Shown: piece by piece, positions 9,163-17,692 of the stretch
Layout: every line of letters starts with the position of its first letter
How positions within the stretch are numbered: the first letter of the stretch is position 1
Source: a virus
DNA: 64,000 nucleotides
Direction: 5' to 3' (one strand)
Virus record (IMG/VR): IMGVR_UViG_3300022173_000074
Coordinates: 1 to 64,000 of that record
Program-made: the position numbers and the translations under genes
Notes under the pieces: generated by a model
What the model was told of the DNA's origin: nothing
The model's input: the letters and a program-made list of their open reading frames with translations, nothing else
Databases searched by the model: none

Positions 9163-9934
9163 ACCGACCTTCATATGCCAACGCCACAGTTGCATCGACT
9201 GCCCGGACCCGAAGTGCGATCCCAGCCTATTCGGTGTGCCGGATGTCTATAGCAACCCTGTCGATTTCATCTGCGCATCATGGAAAGTCGGTGATGACGA
9301 AGTCCAGAATACAGACCAGCTCGAAGTCTACGAAGCGGCGTGCAAAGCCCACGGAGTCGAAGTTCACACTCACGGCATCCTCGCCGGAAAAGGCAGTCGC
9401 GGAAGCTCTATCGATGCACTTCGGGCTTACTGCGAGGCGGATGTTGCTCTCGAAAGAAAGCTTTACACCATGGGACACTCTCACGATCCGCGTCCGCCGC
9501 TACCCGCCTGGAAAAGAGCGATCAACTTTCTTCTACATCACACTTACTTCGGGCGTTGGTTCCCGATCTTCGGGCGCGCGCCGTACTTCAAAGACAGCAT
9601 CACCGTCCGAGGCACCGTCAGAGACATCAGCGAGTTCGACTACGAAACCCCACACCGCTGGCCTGAAGGCACCGGCAAAACGTGGGACCCGAACCCTTGG
9701 GCGCAGCGAGCAATAGCCGTGCCGAAGCAAACGCGAATCGTCCGCCGCTGCCGATGGATGCCGGAGAAGTACAAGGGTCAGAAGCTCTATTTCGCCATCG
9801 TCGATTGGGGCGACTCATTCCACAACTACGCGCATCTGTTTGAGACGAAACAGGAGTGTGATTTTATGGGCGCTCGCCCTAAAGCGCCATCACACAATCG
9901 CATCGTCTGCAAGGGTTCGGTCATTTTCAAGTGA
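9155..9934 (+). CDS. hypothetical protein (Cys-rich N-terminus)
   Basis: 259-aa ORF. Confidence 0.45.
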   Translation: MVKPTFICQRHSCIDCPDPKCDPSLFGVPDVYSNPVDFICASWKVGDDEVQNTDQLEVYEAACKAHGVEVHTHGILAGKGSRGSSIDALRAYCEADVALERKLYTMGHSHDPRPPLPAWKRAINFLLHHTYFGRWFPIFGRAPYFKDSITVRGTVRDISEFDYETPHRWPEGTGKTWDPNPWAQRAIAVPKQTRIVRRCRWMPEKYKGQKLYFAIVDWGDSFHNYAHLFETKQECDFMGARPKAPSHNRIVCKGSVIFK

Positions 9935-10542
9935 GGGTTCTGGTCGCGTGTGAGTTCTCCGGCGTCGTGCGCCGCGCCTTCCGAGAGCGCGGCCACACCG
10001 CGTACTCGTGCGACATCATCCCGTCCGAGGACAACAGCCCCTATCACATCCAGGAAGACGTTCTGAGCGTGCTGGACGAGGGCTGGGACCTTATGGTGGC
10101 CCATCCGCCCTGCACGCGGCTCTGCGCATCAGGGACGCGCTGGCTCAATAAGCCGCCGCCCGGTCGCACGGTCAAAGATATGTTCCGGGAGCTGCAACAG
10201 GCCGCCGACCTCTTCACGTTGCTCTACCATGCGCCGATCAAACACGTCGCCGTGGAGAACCCCATCATGCACAGCTATGGCCGGCTGGCGATGCCCACTG
10301 TGCCGCCCTATCGGCAGATCATACAGCCGTGGCAGCACGGGCACGGCGAGCTGAAGACGACGTGCCTGTGGCTGAAAGAACTTCCACTGCTACAGCACAG
10401 CAAGATAGTGGAAGGGCGCGAGATGCGAGTGCATCGGATGTCCGAGAAGCCTGACCGGGCGAAAGAGCGGGCGCGTACCTATACCGGGATCGCGGCGGCG
10501 ATGGCGAAGCAATGGGGCGATTATGTTTCACAAATGGATTAA
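9931..10542 (+). CDS. short C5-cytosine DNA methyltransferase-like protein (motifs I, IV, VI only)
   Basis: VLVACEFSGVV (FxGxG-like motif I), AHPPCTRLCASG (PC motif IV), VAVENP (ENV motif VI). Only 203 aa, so no obvious TRD or motifs IX/X. Confidence 0.5.
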   Translation: MRVLVACEFSGVVRRAFRERGHTAYSCDIIPSEDNSPYHIQEDVLSVLDEGWDLMVAHPPCTRLCASGTRWLNKPPPGRTVKDMFRELQQAADLFTLLYHAPIKHVAVENPIMHSYGRLAMPTVPPYRQIIQPWQHGHGELKTTCLWLKELPLLQHSKIVEGREMRVHRMSEKPDRAKERARTYTGIAAAMAKQWGDYVSQMD

Positions 10543-10840
10543 GCTTTCACCGAAGCACCATGTCTGCGCACACTGCGGAATGATGAAAGAGACAGTCGGC
10601 ACCGGCCCGATATGGAGCGGTAACTATCCGTTCTTCATCTACCGGCGCGGCGCGGATTCGACTCAGGGTTCGGTTACACCTAAATGCGAAAGAGCCTGGC
10701 TTCCGGGCGAAGTGGTCCGGTTCGACTGGTATGGCTCGATTATTGAATTGAAAGCTGGTCATGTCTCAGATGAAGAAAAGCTCGAAATCCCGAAGCCGAC
10801 AGCACGGTTTCTCCGTGCGGGCTTTAGCAGCGGAACGTGA
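10523..10840 (+). CDS. hypothetical protein with CxxC (HHVCAHCG)
   Basis: ORF. Confidence 0.35.
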   Translation: MFHKWIKLSPKHHVCAHCGMMKETVGTGPIWSGNYPFFIYRRGADSTQGSVTPKCERAWLPGEVVRFDWYGSIIELKAGHVSDEEKLEIPKPTARFLRAGFSSGT

Positions 10841-10883
10841 TCGTCACGACTGCGACGGAGTCTTGCTTGAAGCTGACTGGCAG

Positions 10884-11066
10884 ATGACGGGTAATGGCGT
10901 AATCCTTACCGGCCGGCTCTACGCGGACAGACATGGTCAACTAAAAGATGACACATCGGTCTGGACCTCTTTAGTGCTTGACGGGCCGGATCGCTTCGGA
11001 GTAGTGACCACGCAGATGTCCAAATACCTCTGCGTATTTGTTTATAGGGAATGTGATGTCAACTAG
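10884..11066 (+). CDS. hypothetical small protein (start uncertain)
   Basis: ATG 10884 downstream of previous stop in frame of ORF 10761..11066. Confidence 0.2.
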   Translation: MTGNGVILTGRLYADRHGQLKDDTSVWTSLVLDGPDRFGVVTTQMSKYLCVFVYRECDVN

Positions 11067-12093
11067 TGTATTCGACTTCGCGGCGATCAATCGCACGATG
11101 AAGGACAAAGGCCTGGACCATGACGAGCCAGCGCCGCGCGCCGAAAAGCTCCCTTCGCAATTGCTCGAAGCGGTCGCCGAAAGTCTAGACATTTCCTACG
11201 CCAAGCTTCTGAAAGACTACAGAGGCGGTCTTGGAACGCGAGCGACCGGCGGCGTTGTCGGCGGCCCGCGTCCAGGCTACGGCGAAGGCCCGAACGGCTA
11301 TTGCTACAAAGGCACCTGGAACGCCTTCGACAACTATCTGGAAGACGACATGGTCGTATGCCCCGACCAGAGCGGCAATTCCGATGACGATGAATACTAT
11401 GCCTGCAAAACTTCGATCAACGGCGCGAAGCCCTGTCACACTCCGGCCTTCTGGCGCCCGATGACGCTCCGAGAAGTCGATCTTGTTCTTGGCCGGCCAA
11501 CCCGAAAGACCCTCCCCAAGCAACAGCCCAGCCAAGCGCAATACGATCCGTCTATGACCTGGAAAGGCATGTGGGATAAAACCGCAGTCTACAAAGCGGG
11601 CGACATCGTACATCACGACGGGGCGAAGTTCCGCTGTCTATCTGACAACGCCGGATATGAGCCAACGAAGGGCACATTCTGGCAGATGGAAGTTCAGCCA
11701 GTGTTGACGGCGACACAAAAGATGCAGATGCAAAATCGTTTGCTTCGTACCCCCACCGTGAAGGTTTCGTTTCCGCACCTGAAGCGCCCGAAACCTGTGG
11801 ATCGTGTGACGCAGCAAGATTGTCAGACGTATCTTTCGTCCACGGAATACGGCGAAGTGCTGAACATCGTGAAGGTGCCTTACACGAAGCGGTCTGATAC
11901 TTTGCATCGCCGCCTGCGCGAACTGTTCAACACGGTGCGCAAGAACCGTCAGCTTTATGCTGGCTACAGCGGACCCAAGACAGGCCGTTGGAACGGTAGC
12001 GGCGCCAACCCGATCCCACAGCCGAAGGTAGACGAGCCGAAGTCGAATCCAGGACCTTACAAACGCATCGATACCGATCTGTTCCGGTTCTAA
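11056..12093 (+). CDS. hypothetical protein
   Basis: Start at ATG 11056 (MSTSVFDF) with AGGGAA RBS. Confidence 0.5.
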   Translation: MSTSVFDFAAINRTMKDKGLDHDEPAPRAEKLPSQLLEAVAESLDISYAKLLKDYRGGLGTRATGGVVGGPRPGYGEGPNGYCYKGTWNAFDNYLEDDMVVCPDQSGNSDDDEYYACKTSINGAKPCHTPAFWRPMTLREVDLVLGRPTRKTLPKQQPSQAQYDPSMTWKGMWDKTAVYKAGDIVHHDGAKFRCLSDNAGYEPTKGTFWQMEVQPVLTATQKMQMQNRLLRTPTVKVSFPHLKRPKPVDRVTQQDCQTYLSSTEYGEVLNIVKVPYTKRSDTLHRRLRELFNTVRKNRQLYAGYSGPKTGRWNGSGANPIPQPKVDEPKSNPGPYKRIDTDLFRF

Positions 12094-12094
12094 C

Positions 12095-12526
12095 GTGAAG
12101 GAAGTATCGCCTAAAGAGGGGCCGCTCTGCGCGGCGGCGCGGGAGTGGCTCTCTCAGGCGATCATCCGTGAACGGTATATTTATTTCACCGGCGACATGA
12201 AGAAAGTCATGTCGTCGCCCGAGCAACGGATGACGATTGAACAGCGCGAACGCCACAACCGAAAGCGAGCCGCCGCCAAAGCCGCTGCGAAGGCCAAGGG
12301 TGAGAAGTACAAAGCGATACCACTGGTGGACGAGTTCGCCGCCATGCGGCCTGACGTGCTCGCGCTGATGGAAATGATGGAGTTGCACGAGCTGCATGGG
12401 CTGGTGCATCTCCGAACGATTGTTCTGCACGACGGCGACCGCGCGTACGAAGCGGTCATGCGCTTGCAGAGAAACGGATTGCGCAAGGTGCGCGAACGCT
12501 TTGGCGTAACGACTGGTGCGACATGA
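12095..12526 (+). CDS. hypothetical protein (Lys/Ala-rich central region)
   Basis: ORF; GTG start at 12095 or ATG 12197. Confidence 0.4.
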   Translation: MKEVSPKEGPLCAAAREWLSQAIIRERYIYFTGDMKKVMSSPEQRMTIEQRERHNRKRAAAKAAAKAKGEKYKAIPLVDEFAAMRPDVLALMEMMELHELHGLVHLRTIVLHDGDRAYEAVMRLQRNGLRKVRERFGVTTGAT

Positions 12527-13521
12527 CGGCTGTTAAATTCAATTCAGTGTGCAGCGGCATCGAAGCCGCCAGTCATGCCGTGGCGCCGTTAGGATGGAAG
12601 GCCGTGGCCTTCAGCGAGATCGAGCCGAACGCCTGCGCATTCCTCGCTGACCGATACCCGCACGTCCAGAACGTCGGAGACATGCTCGCCGTCGATTGGT
12701 CGCGGCCTCGCTACCATGCGAACGTGCTGATCGGTGGCACGCCATGCCAGAGCTTCTCCGTCCTGGGGGCGTGGCGTAAAGGGGATGGCGCCAAGGAAGT
12801 GCTTGGAGACAAGGACGACCGAGGCAAGCTCGCATATCATTTTATCGACATCGCGGACGAGTCCGACTGCGATTGGTTTCTCTGGGAGAACGTACCGAAT
12901 GTCACAAGCGCGAACGAAGGCAAGTTCTTCAAAAAGTGGCTCCGCAAAGCTAGGGAGCATGGGTTTAATGTCGGATGGCGCGTTCTCGATACCGAAGACT
13001 TCGGCCTTCCCGCGCTCCGCAAGAGGCTATACGCTGTCGGACATCGTGGACCGGCGGCAGAAATCGAGCGCGTACTCTTTCAACCAGGAAACACTAGGGG
13101 GCGTTCTCTACCGGCTGATGCGCAAATCCCTGGTTCAGGAAAGCGGCAAGATCGGCGCGACGGAATTGTTGGCGCGGATTCTATTGTTGTCTTTGACGCA
13201 GCCTCGATCAAACCTAGAGCAAGCAGCACAGCGTTCAATACATTCCTTAAAAGCCATGCAACCCGCGTCGGAGTTGCCTGGGGCGCGGGAGGACGCGGCG
13301 GACCTTACCGTGGGGAGCCGGGGTTTGTCAGGAAAGCCACTGCGGAAGAAGCTGAACTCGCTATGGGCTTTTCTCGTAGCTACACCGATGCCGGAGGGCT
13401 AGACGAGCGCCGCCGTCACGAGATGATCGGCAACAGTTTCTCGCCGGTCGTTATCAATGCGATCTGCGAAGGGATCGACGAATACTACGGAAGCGACTCG
13501 GCCTTCATGCGTAACGACTAA
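12523..13521 (+). CDS. C5-cytosine-specific DNA methyltransferase
   Basis: FNSVCSGIEAAS (motif I), GGTPCQSFSVLG (PCQ motif IV), WFLWENVPN (ENV motif VI), C-terminal GNSFS. Confidence 0.8.
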   Translation: MTAVKFNSVCSGIEAASHAVAPLGWKAVAFSEIEPNACAFLADRYPHVQNVGDMLAVDWSRPRYHANVLIGGTPCQSFSVLGAWRKGDGAKEVLGDKDDRGKLAYHFIDIADESDCDWFLWENVPNVTSANEGKFFKKWLRKAREHGFNVGWRVLDTEDFGLPALRKRLYAVGHRGPAAEIERVLFQPGNTRGRSLPADAQIPGSGKRQDRRDGIVGADSIVVFDAASIKPRASSTAFNTFLKSHATRVGVAWGAGGRGGPYRGEPGFVRKATAEEAELAMGFSRSYTDAGGLDERRRHEMIGNSFSPVVINAICEGIDEYYGSDSAFMRND

Positions 13522-13606
13522 GTCAACTATCGGTTGACTGGTGGCGTAAGACGTGCATATGCTTTCCACATCTGGGACAATCCCAGCCTGTAGAAAGAGA
13601 GTACCT

Positions 13607-14719
13607 ATGAACGCTAATATTAACCAAACACCTTTGGACGTTAAATTCTTCGAGTCGTTTTCGATGCAGAAGAACACGCGCATTTCAAAGGGTGTGACGA
13701 CCACTGATTTCTTCGGCCCAATCGCATACCGCGAGCAAGTCGTCGCCATGCTGAAGTCCAGCCTGGGGAACCGGGAGATCAAACGCGGCAAAGTCAAAGA
13801 GATGTTTGCCAAGATCACGAGCGGCAAGTGGGATCACGCCGTCGCGTCTCTGAAGTTCTATATCGATCCACGCGGCAAGATCAGTCTGATGGGCGGCCAC
13901 CACCGTCTTGAAGCTTTGCTCGCTGCCTTCGATGCCGATCCCCTGTTCGCCGGCGTGGACATCGTCTGCACGGTAAGCCCGAACAAGGACATCGCGATCT
14001 ACGATAACGAAGCCGCCGTTGCCTCTATGACGGATCATTTTATGATGGCGCAGAACTCGTTCCTGCGTGAAAAGTCGGAAGCCGCTGCGGGCGCGGCTCT
14101 GATCGTCTTCGTATCGCGCTATCTGATGGGCGGCATCGATCTGCCATCCGATCAGAAGATCACCATCGGCAACAAATACCAGAACGAAATTCGTCGCGCG
14201 GTTTCCGAGCTTCGCGGCGCCGACAAAGCAACACGCAAGTCGCTGGTGCCTCTGCATATCATTTCGCAGATCGCCGGGCAGCAAATGGTGTTGACTGATT
14301 TCGTTCTGCCGGTCGCCACTATGGCGGTTCGTCCGGGCACGGCGGCCTACCTCTACCACAAGGCCATGCACGGCTTCTGGCCGAAGGCGACCTACAAGCG
14401 GATTACTTCGGACGGCGAGACGATCCCTATGGATGCATTCCCGAAGGGCAAGGGCGAAGGCTATATGGGCCTTCTGTTGCATCTTGCGAACATCGCATCG
14501 CAAGGCGCGGAAATCACGAAGCTCAGCGGCTATACTAGCAGCCCTCTGAAGCCTGCGTTCTCCGTTTGGCGGCGTCATCTCTATCGGTCGATCCCCGGTC
14601 AGGATTTTCTGAAATGCTTCGGCTGGACCGCCGACATGGAGAAGACCAAGCTGGATAAGGTTGAAGCCAAACGGTCTAATCGCCGTAGAGCTGTTGACGA
14701 AAATCAGCCTTCCGCGTAA
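13607..14719 (+). CDS. ParB/Srx-like nuclease-domain protein
   Basis: ISLMGGHHRLEAL matches the ParB N-terminal GxxHR motif; start at ATG 13607 with AGAAAGAGAG RBS. Confidence 0.6.
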   Translation: MNANINQTPLDVKFFESFSMQKNTRISKGVTTTDFFGPIAYREQVVAMLKSSLGNREIKRGKVKEMFAKITSGKWDHAVASLKFYIDPRGKISLMGGHHRLEALLAAFDADPLFAGVDIVCTVSPNKDIAIYDNEAAVASMTDHFMMAQNSFLREKSEAAAGAALIVFVSRYLMGGIDLPSDQKITIGNKYQNEIRRAVSELRGADKATRKSLVPLHIISQIAGQQMVLTDFVLPVATMAVRPGTAAYLYHKAMHGFWPKATYKRITSDGETIPMDAFPKGKGEGYMGLLLHLANIASQGAEITKLSGYTSSPLKPAFSVWRRHLYRSIPGQDFLKCFGWTADMEKTKLDKVEAKRSNRRRAVDENQPSA

Positions 14720-14740
14720 TTAGATCGTCCTCCCTAACTT

Positions 14741-14785
14741 GAAGCCCCCGGCACGCCTGAAAAACAGCCGGGGGCTTTTCTTTAT
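14741..14785 (+). terminator. rho-independent terminator (agcccccgg-N16-ccgggggct followed by TTTTCTTTAT)
   Basis: Perfect 9-bp GC stem and T-run read from sequence, just after the ParB-like gene. Confidence 0.7.
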
Positions 14786-14805
14786 CAAGCACTTACAGGG
14801 CGGGC

Positions 14806-14835
14806 TTGCATTTCCCGCGATCTGCCGCGTAATAG
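14806..14835 (+). promoter_or_regulatory. sigma70-like promoter candidate (TTGCAT-18-TAATAG)
   Basis: Hexamers read from sequence upstream of gene 14857. Confidence 0.3.
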
Positions 14836-14856
14836 GGGCTTGCCCCGGAGACGACC

Positions 14857-15306
14857 ATGCGCCCTGACGCCGCCTTTCAAGAGTTCGCCAAGCGACATTT
14901 GCCGAAGGGCTGGAAGGTCAAATACTGGCGCACGCGGCCTTATGTGTTGAACGTCCGTGGATACCGAGGCCAGGCCTGCGCGGCGCTCTGTGACAGCGGC
15001 CCGAAGATTATCTGGATGAACCCTACCCAGTTCACCGAACCCCACCAGGACCCCTATTGGACATTCGCCCACGAGGTCGGCCACGCCCGCGATCCGATGT
15101 TGGAGATCATCGGGTATCCCGAATACCTTGCCGAATATTTCGCCGAGCGCGAGGCCGCCGCGATCTTCCGAGCTGACGGCCGCCGCGTTAGTCGCGAGAA
15201 CGTGCGCCAAGGTAAACAGTACGTGCAACGCATGGCCTACCACGAGGGCTTGCAATTCCAAGAGCTGCGCGCGGACGTACGCCGCTGGATCGGCTCAGTG
15301 TACTAG
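14857..15306 (+). CDS. putative zinc metallopeptidase (HEVGH motif)
   Basis: WTFAHEVGHARDP contains HExxH; 149 aa (SprT/ImmA-like size). Confidence 0.45.
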   Translation: MRPDAAFQEFAKRHLPKGWKVKYWRTRPYVLNVRGYRGQACAALCDSGPKIIWMNPTQFTEPHQDPYWTFAHEVGHARDPMLEIIGYPEYLAEYFAEREAAAIFRADGRRVSRENVRQGKQYVQRMAYHEGLQFQELRADVRRWIGSVY

Positions 15307-15317
15307 CACAACTTTTG

Positions 15318-15345
15318 CTTGACACCCTTTTAGCAGTCGTTATTG
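15318..15345 (+). promoter_or_regulatory. sigma70-like promoter candidate (TTGACA-16-TATTGA)
   Basis: Hexamers read from sequence; followed by AGAGGGAAA RBS and ATG 15370. Confidence 0.35.
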
Positions 15346-15369
15346 ATCGACCGGCAAAGAGGGAAACTT

Positions 15370-16041
15370 ATGCGACCACCAGCACGGATCAAAGGCCATG
15401 CGGCCATCCAACATTCCGACATGATGGAATGCCTAGAATGCAAACAACAGTGGGATACGAACGATCCCGATCTGTCGAACCTCCCCTTCTGCCCGGCGGC
15501 CCCGGCCCCGGAGCGCGTACCGGCGCCGATCAATAACACCGCCGCCATCATCCAGCTTCGTGACAAAATGAAAGCCGCTGGCAAGCCGTCGAAGAAGCCG
15601 CCGGTCGTGGACAACACTGCAAAGCGTAAGCCTGTAGTCGTTCCGCCGCCGCGCATGTCGATCCACGACGCGCCGCCGATGCCCCGCGAGAAAATGAAAC
15701 AGTTCAACATGCCGGCCTTCTACGTCGCCTGCGTCGTGTTCTCTGCGGTTCTGACCTTCCTGCTATTCTCGTGTACGGCGCAAGCCCAGACGATCATCCA
15801 GGACCCGGCCAAGCAGCCTTGGATGGGCTACGTTCGTGTGTGCTTCAACGGAAGCGATAAGCAGTGCGGCGTGTTCACCGCGCGAACATACTTCGTGACC
15901 GAGGATGCTTGCGACAAAGAGATGACGAACATTGGCAAGGCAATTGGTTTGCAAATCCTAGCTAAGAATCCAAAAGCCACTTTCCGCATCGACTATATGT
16001 GCGAGCAACCGAAAAACCCAAAGGGCATATCATGGAACTGA
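15370..16041 (+). CDS. membrane protein, Pro-rich N-terminal region, single TM, Cys-containing C-terminal domain
   Basis: TM FYVACVVFSAVLTFLLFSCTA; start moved to ATG 15370 after RBS. Confidence 0.45.
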   Translation: MRPPARIKGHAAIQHSDMMECLECKQQWDTNDPDLSNLPFCPAAPAPERVPAPINNTAAIIQLRDKMKAAGKPSKKPPVVDNTAKRKPVVVPPPRMSIHDAPPMPREKMKQFNMPAFYVACVVFSAVLTFLLFSCTAQAQTIIQDPAKQPWMGYVRVCFNGSDKQCGVFTARTYFVTEDACDKEMTNIGKAIGLQILAKNPKATFRIDYMCEQPKNPKGISWN

Positions 16042-16544
16042 TTTTAGTGTCGGCGATCTTCATCGCCGGCGTCGTGTCTTACTTCGTCGGACACGTCCAC
16101 GGTCGCGCGGCTGGCTGGCTCGAAGGCTTCCAGGAGCGTAACGAAGACACGTCATACGCGCTGCGGATCGAAGGCAAGGAAACCGACCTCACGATCAAGA
16201 CCTTCGAAGCGCACGCGCATTTAACCGTCCACTCGAAGCTATATGGAACGCCAGACTGGCTTACGCACGTCGCGTTCAAAAACTTCGGGGAAGCTGGCGA
16301 GTTCGCTGAGCACATGGGGAAGGCCAGCCGCGACGACGGATGGTCGATCTTCAAGGGCGCGCGTGATTTCAAGCCAGAGCGGCGGCAAGCCTTGCTTAAG
16401 GAATTGGGCGACCAGCTCTGGTATATCGTGATGTTGGCGCATGAACTTGGTTCCTCGCTCGCTGAAGTCATGTGGATGAATATCAAGAAAAGAGACGGAC
16501 GCATGGCGCGCAACACGATTCTAGGGGCCGGTGATGACCGCTAA
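16032..16544 (+). CDS. MazG-like nucleoside triphosphate pyrophosphohydrolase with N-terminal hydrophobic helix
   Basis: EAGEFAEHMGK ... LGDQLWYIVMLAHELGSSLAEVMWMNIKK matches the MazG EExxE/ELGD(V)LWY pattern. Confidence 0.65.
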   Translation: MELILVSAIFIAGVVSYFVGHVHGRAAGWLEGFQERNEDTSYALRIEGKETDLTIKTFEAHAHLTVHSKLYGTPDWLTHVAFKNFGEAGEFAEHMGKASRDDGWSIFKGARDFKPERRQALLKELGDQLWYIVMLAHELGSSLAEVMWMNIKKRDGRMARNTILGAGDDR

Positions 16545-16782
16545 GAAACCATTGGCCCGCAAGCCCGGCGACGTTCCGGCCGCCGATCCAGCGACCTACG
16601 TTCACCCCAAAGCACTAGGGTCGCGGCACGCGAAGAGATTCGCGTCCGCGTGCATCACCGATGACCAAAGCTTCGCCCTGGTGAAAAATCCAGGTGAGGA
16701 AAAATGGTGGGTATGGGCGCCCATGAGCGATAAAGAGCATGTGGAAGGCCTTATCGATCAGTCCAGCAAAATTCTCGATTGA
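16531..16782 (+). CDS. hypothetical protein
   Basis: ORF. Confidence 0.4.
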   Translation: MMTAKKPLARKPGDVPAADPATYVHPKALGSRHAKRFASACITDDQSFALVKNPGEEKWWVWAPMSDKEHVEGLIDQSSKILD

Positions 16783-16801
16783 AGCCCAGGTAAAAATTTT
16801 T

Positions 16802-16828
16802 TCACGGATTCCCATTTTACGGTTTCGC
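16802..16828 (+). promoter_or_regulatory. recurrent motif copy (tCACGGATTCCcattttACGGTTTCGc) upstream of gene 16851
   Basis: Same family as the motifs at 6717, 7711 and 6475. Confidence 0.4.
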
Positions 16829-16850
16829 TTTTTCTAGGATCAAAAATTCA

Positions 16851-17657
16851 ATGACCGACAAGACAACGCCCAAGTACGAGTTTGGTTTCGAAACGCAGGC
16901 CCGAGAGGCTTTCGAGCGCGGCAATGCCGATCTGGACGCGCTTGAGGCCCCTCTCGGTAAAGACGTTAAATACGGCGGCTGTGAATGCGAGAGCTGTGAG
17001 AACTTGCGCCGCATCGACGCGGCGAACGCCACGCGCAACGGCTCCGGCGGCGTCCCGCTTGAGTTCGATCCTATGGGGGAGAAATCCGCCGCAGAGTATC
17101 GTGCAGCCGGATACGTCGCGGAAGCCGATCAGATGGAGCAGAGCGCCAAGCGGCAGCCCGTCGATCTTCCCGTCGAAGGTTTCTGTGTTGCGTGTGGCGC
17201 CGCCAGTTATAGCTATGAAGATTGCGCCCAGTGCGGACGGAAGGCAGACACAATCGAAGTCGGCGCCGCTATTCTAAAAAACTGTGGGCTGGACGAGTCC
17301 GCCATGCGTAAGATGATGCCAATCGGTACGCTGATTACGGAATACTTCCCCGACGCATTCCTGGGGATGGCGGCCGTCGCCTACGTCGGCAACCAGAAGC
17401 ACAACCCCGGCGAGCACATGCATTGGGCGCGCGGCAAGTCTATGGACCAGTTCGATTGTGTGGTCCGCCACTCTATCGATGCGAAGCGCGCCGGTGCTGA
17501 TGGCTGGGACACCTACTACCTGAAAGACGGGTCGATCTATCAAGTCCGCCACAAAGCCGCAGCGGCGTGGCGTGCAGCGGCGGAAGCCCAGTTAGACGCC
17601 GAGAGTGCAGGCGGCGAAGTCCTGCGTGTGCTTGCCCTTCCGAACAAACCCCAGTAA
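16851..17657 (+). CDS. dATP/dGTP pyrophosphohydrolase-like domain protein with Cys-rich N-terminal region
   Basis: LGMAAVAYVGNQKHNPGEHMHWARGKSMDQFDCVVRHS resembles the phage dATP/dGTP diphosphohydrolase domain (VxxxGxxKYxxxNW); two CxxC pairs upstream. Confidence 0.4.
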   Translation: MTDKTTPKYEFGFETQAREAFERGNADLDALEAPLGKDVKYGGCECESCENLRRIDAANATRNGSGGVPLEFDPMGEKSAAEYRAAGYVAEADQMEQSAKRQPVDLPVEGFCVACGAASYSYEDCAQCGRKADTIEVGAAILKNCGLDESAMRKMMPIGTLITEYFPDAFLGMAAVAYVGNQKHNPGEHMHWARGKSMDQFDCVVRHSIDAKRAGADGWDTYYLKDGSIYQVRHKAAAAWRAAAEAQLDAESAGGEVLRVLALPNKPQ

Positions 17658-17692
17658 GAGCGACACGTCACAACTTATAGGAGAACAGACCC

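Noticed and set aside
8868-9716. 282-aa + strand ORF rich in Arg/Ser
   Set aside because: Off-frame overlap of the real genes 8854..9162 and 9155..9934. The composition is typical of a spurious high-GC alternative frame.
13685-14578. 297-aa - strand ORF
   Set aside because: Antisense to the ParB-like gene in a + strand-only operon. No RBS or context.
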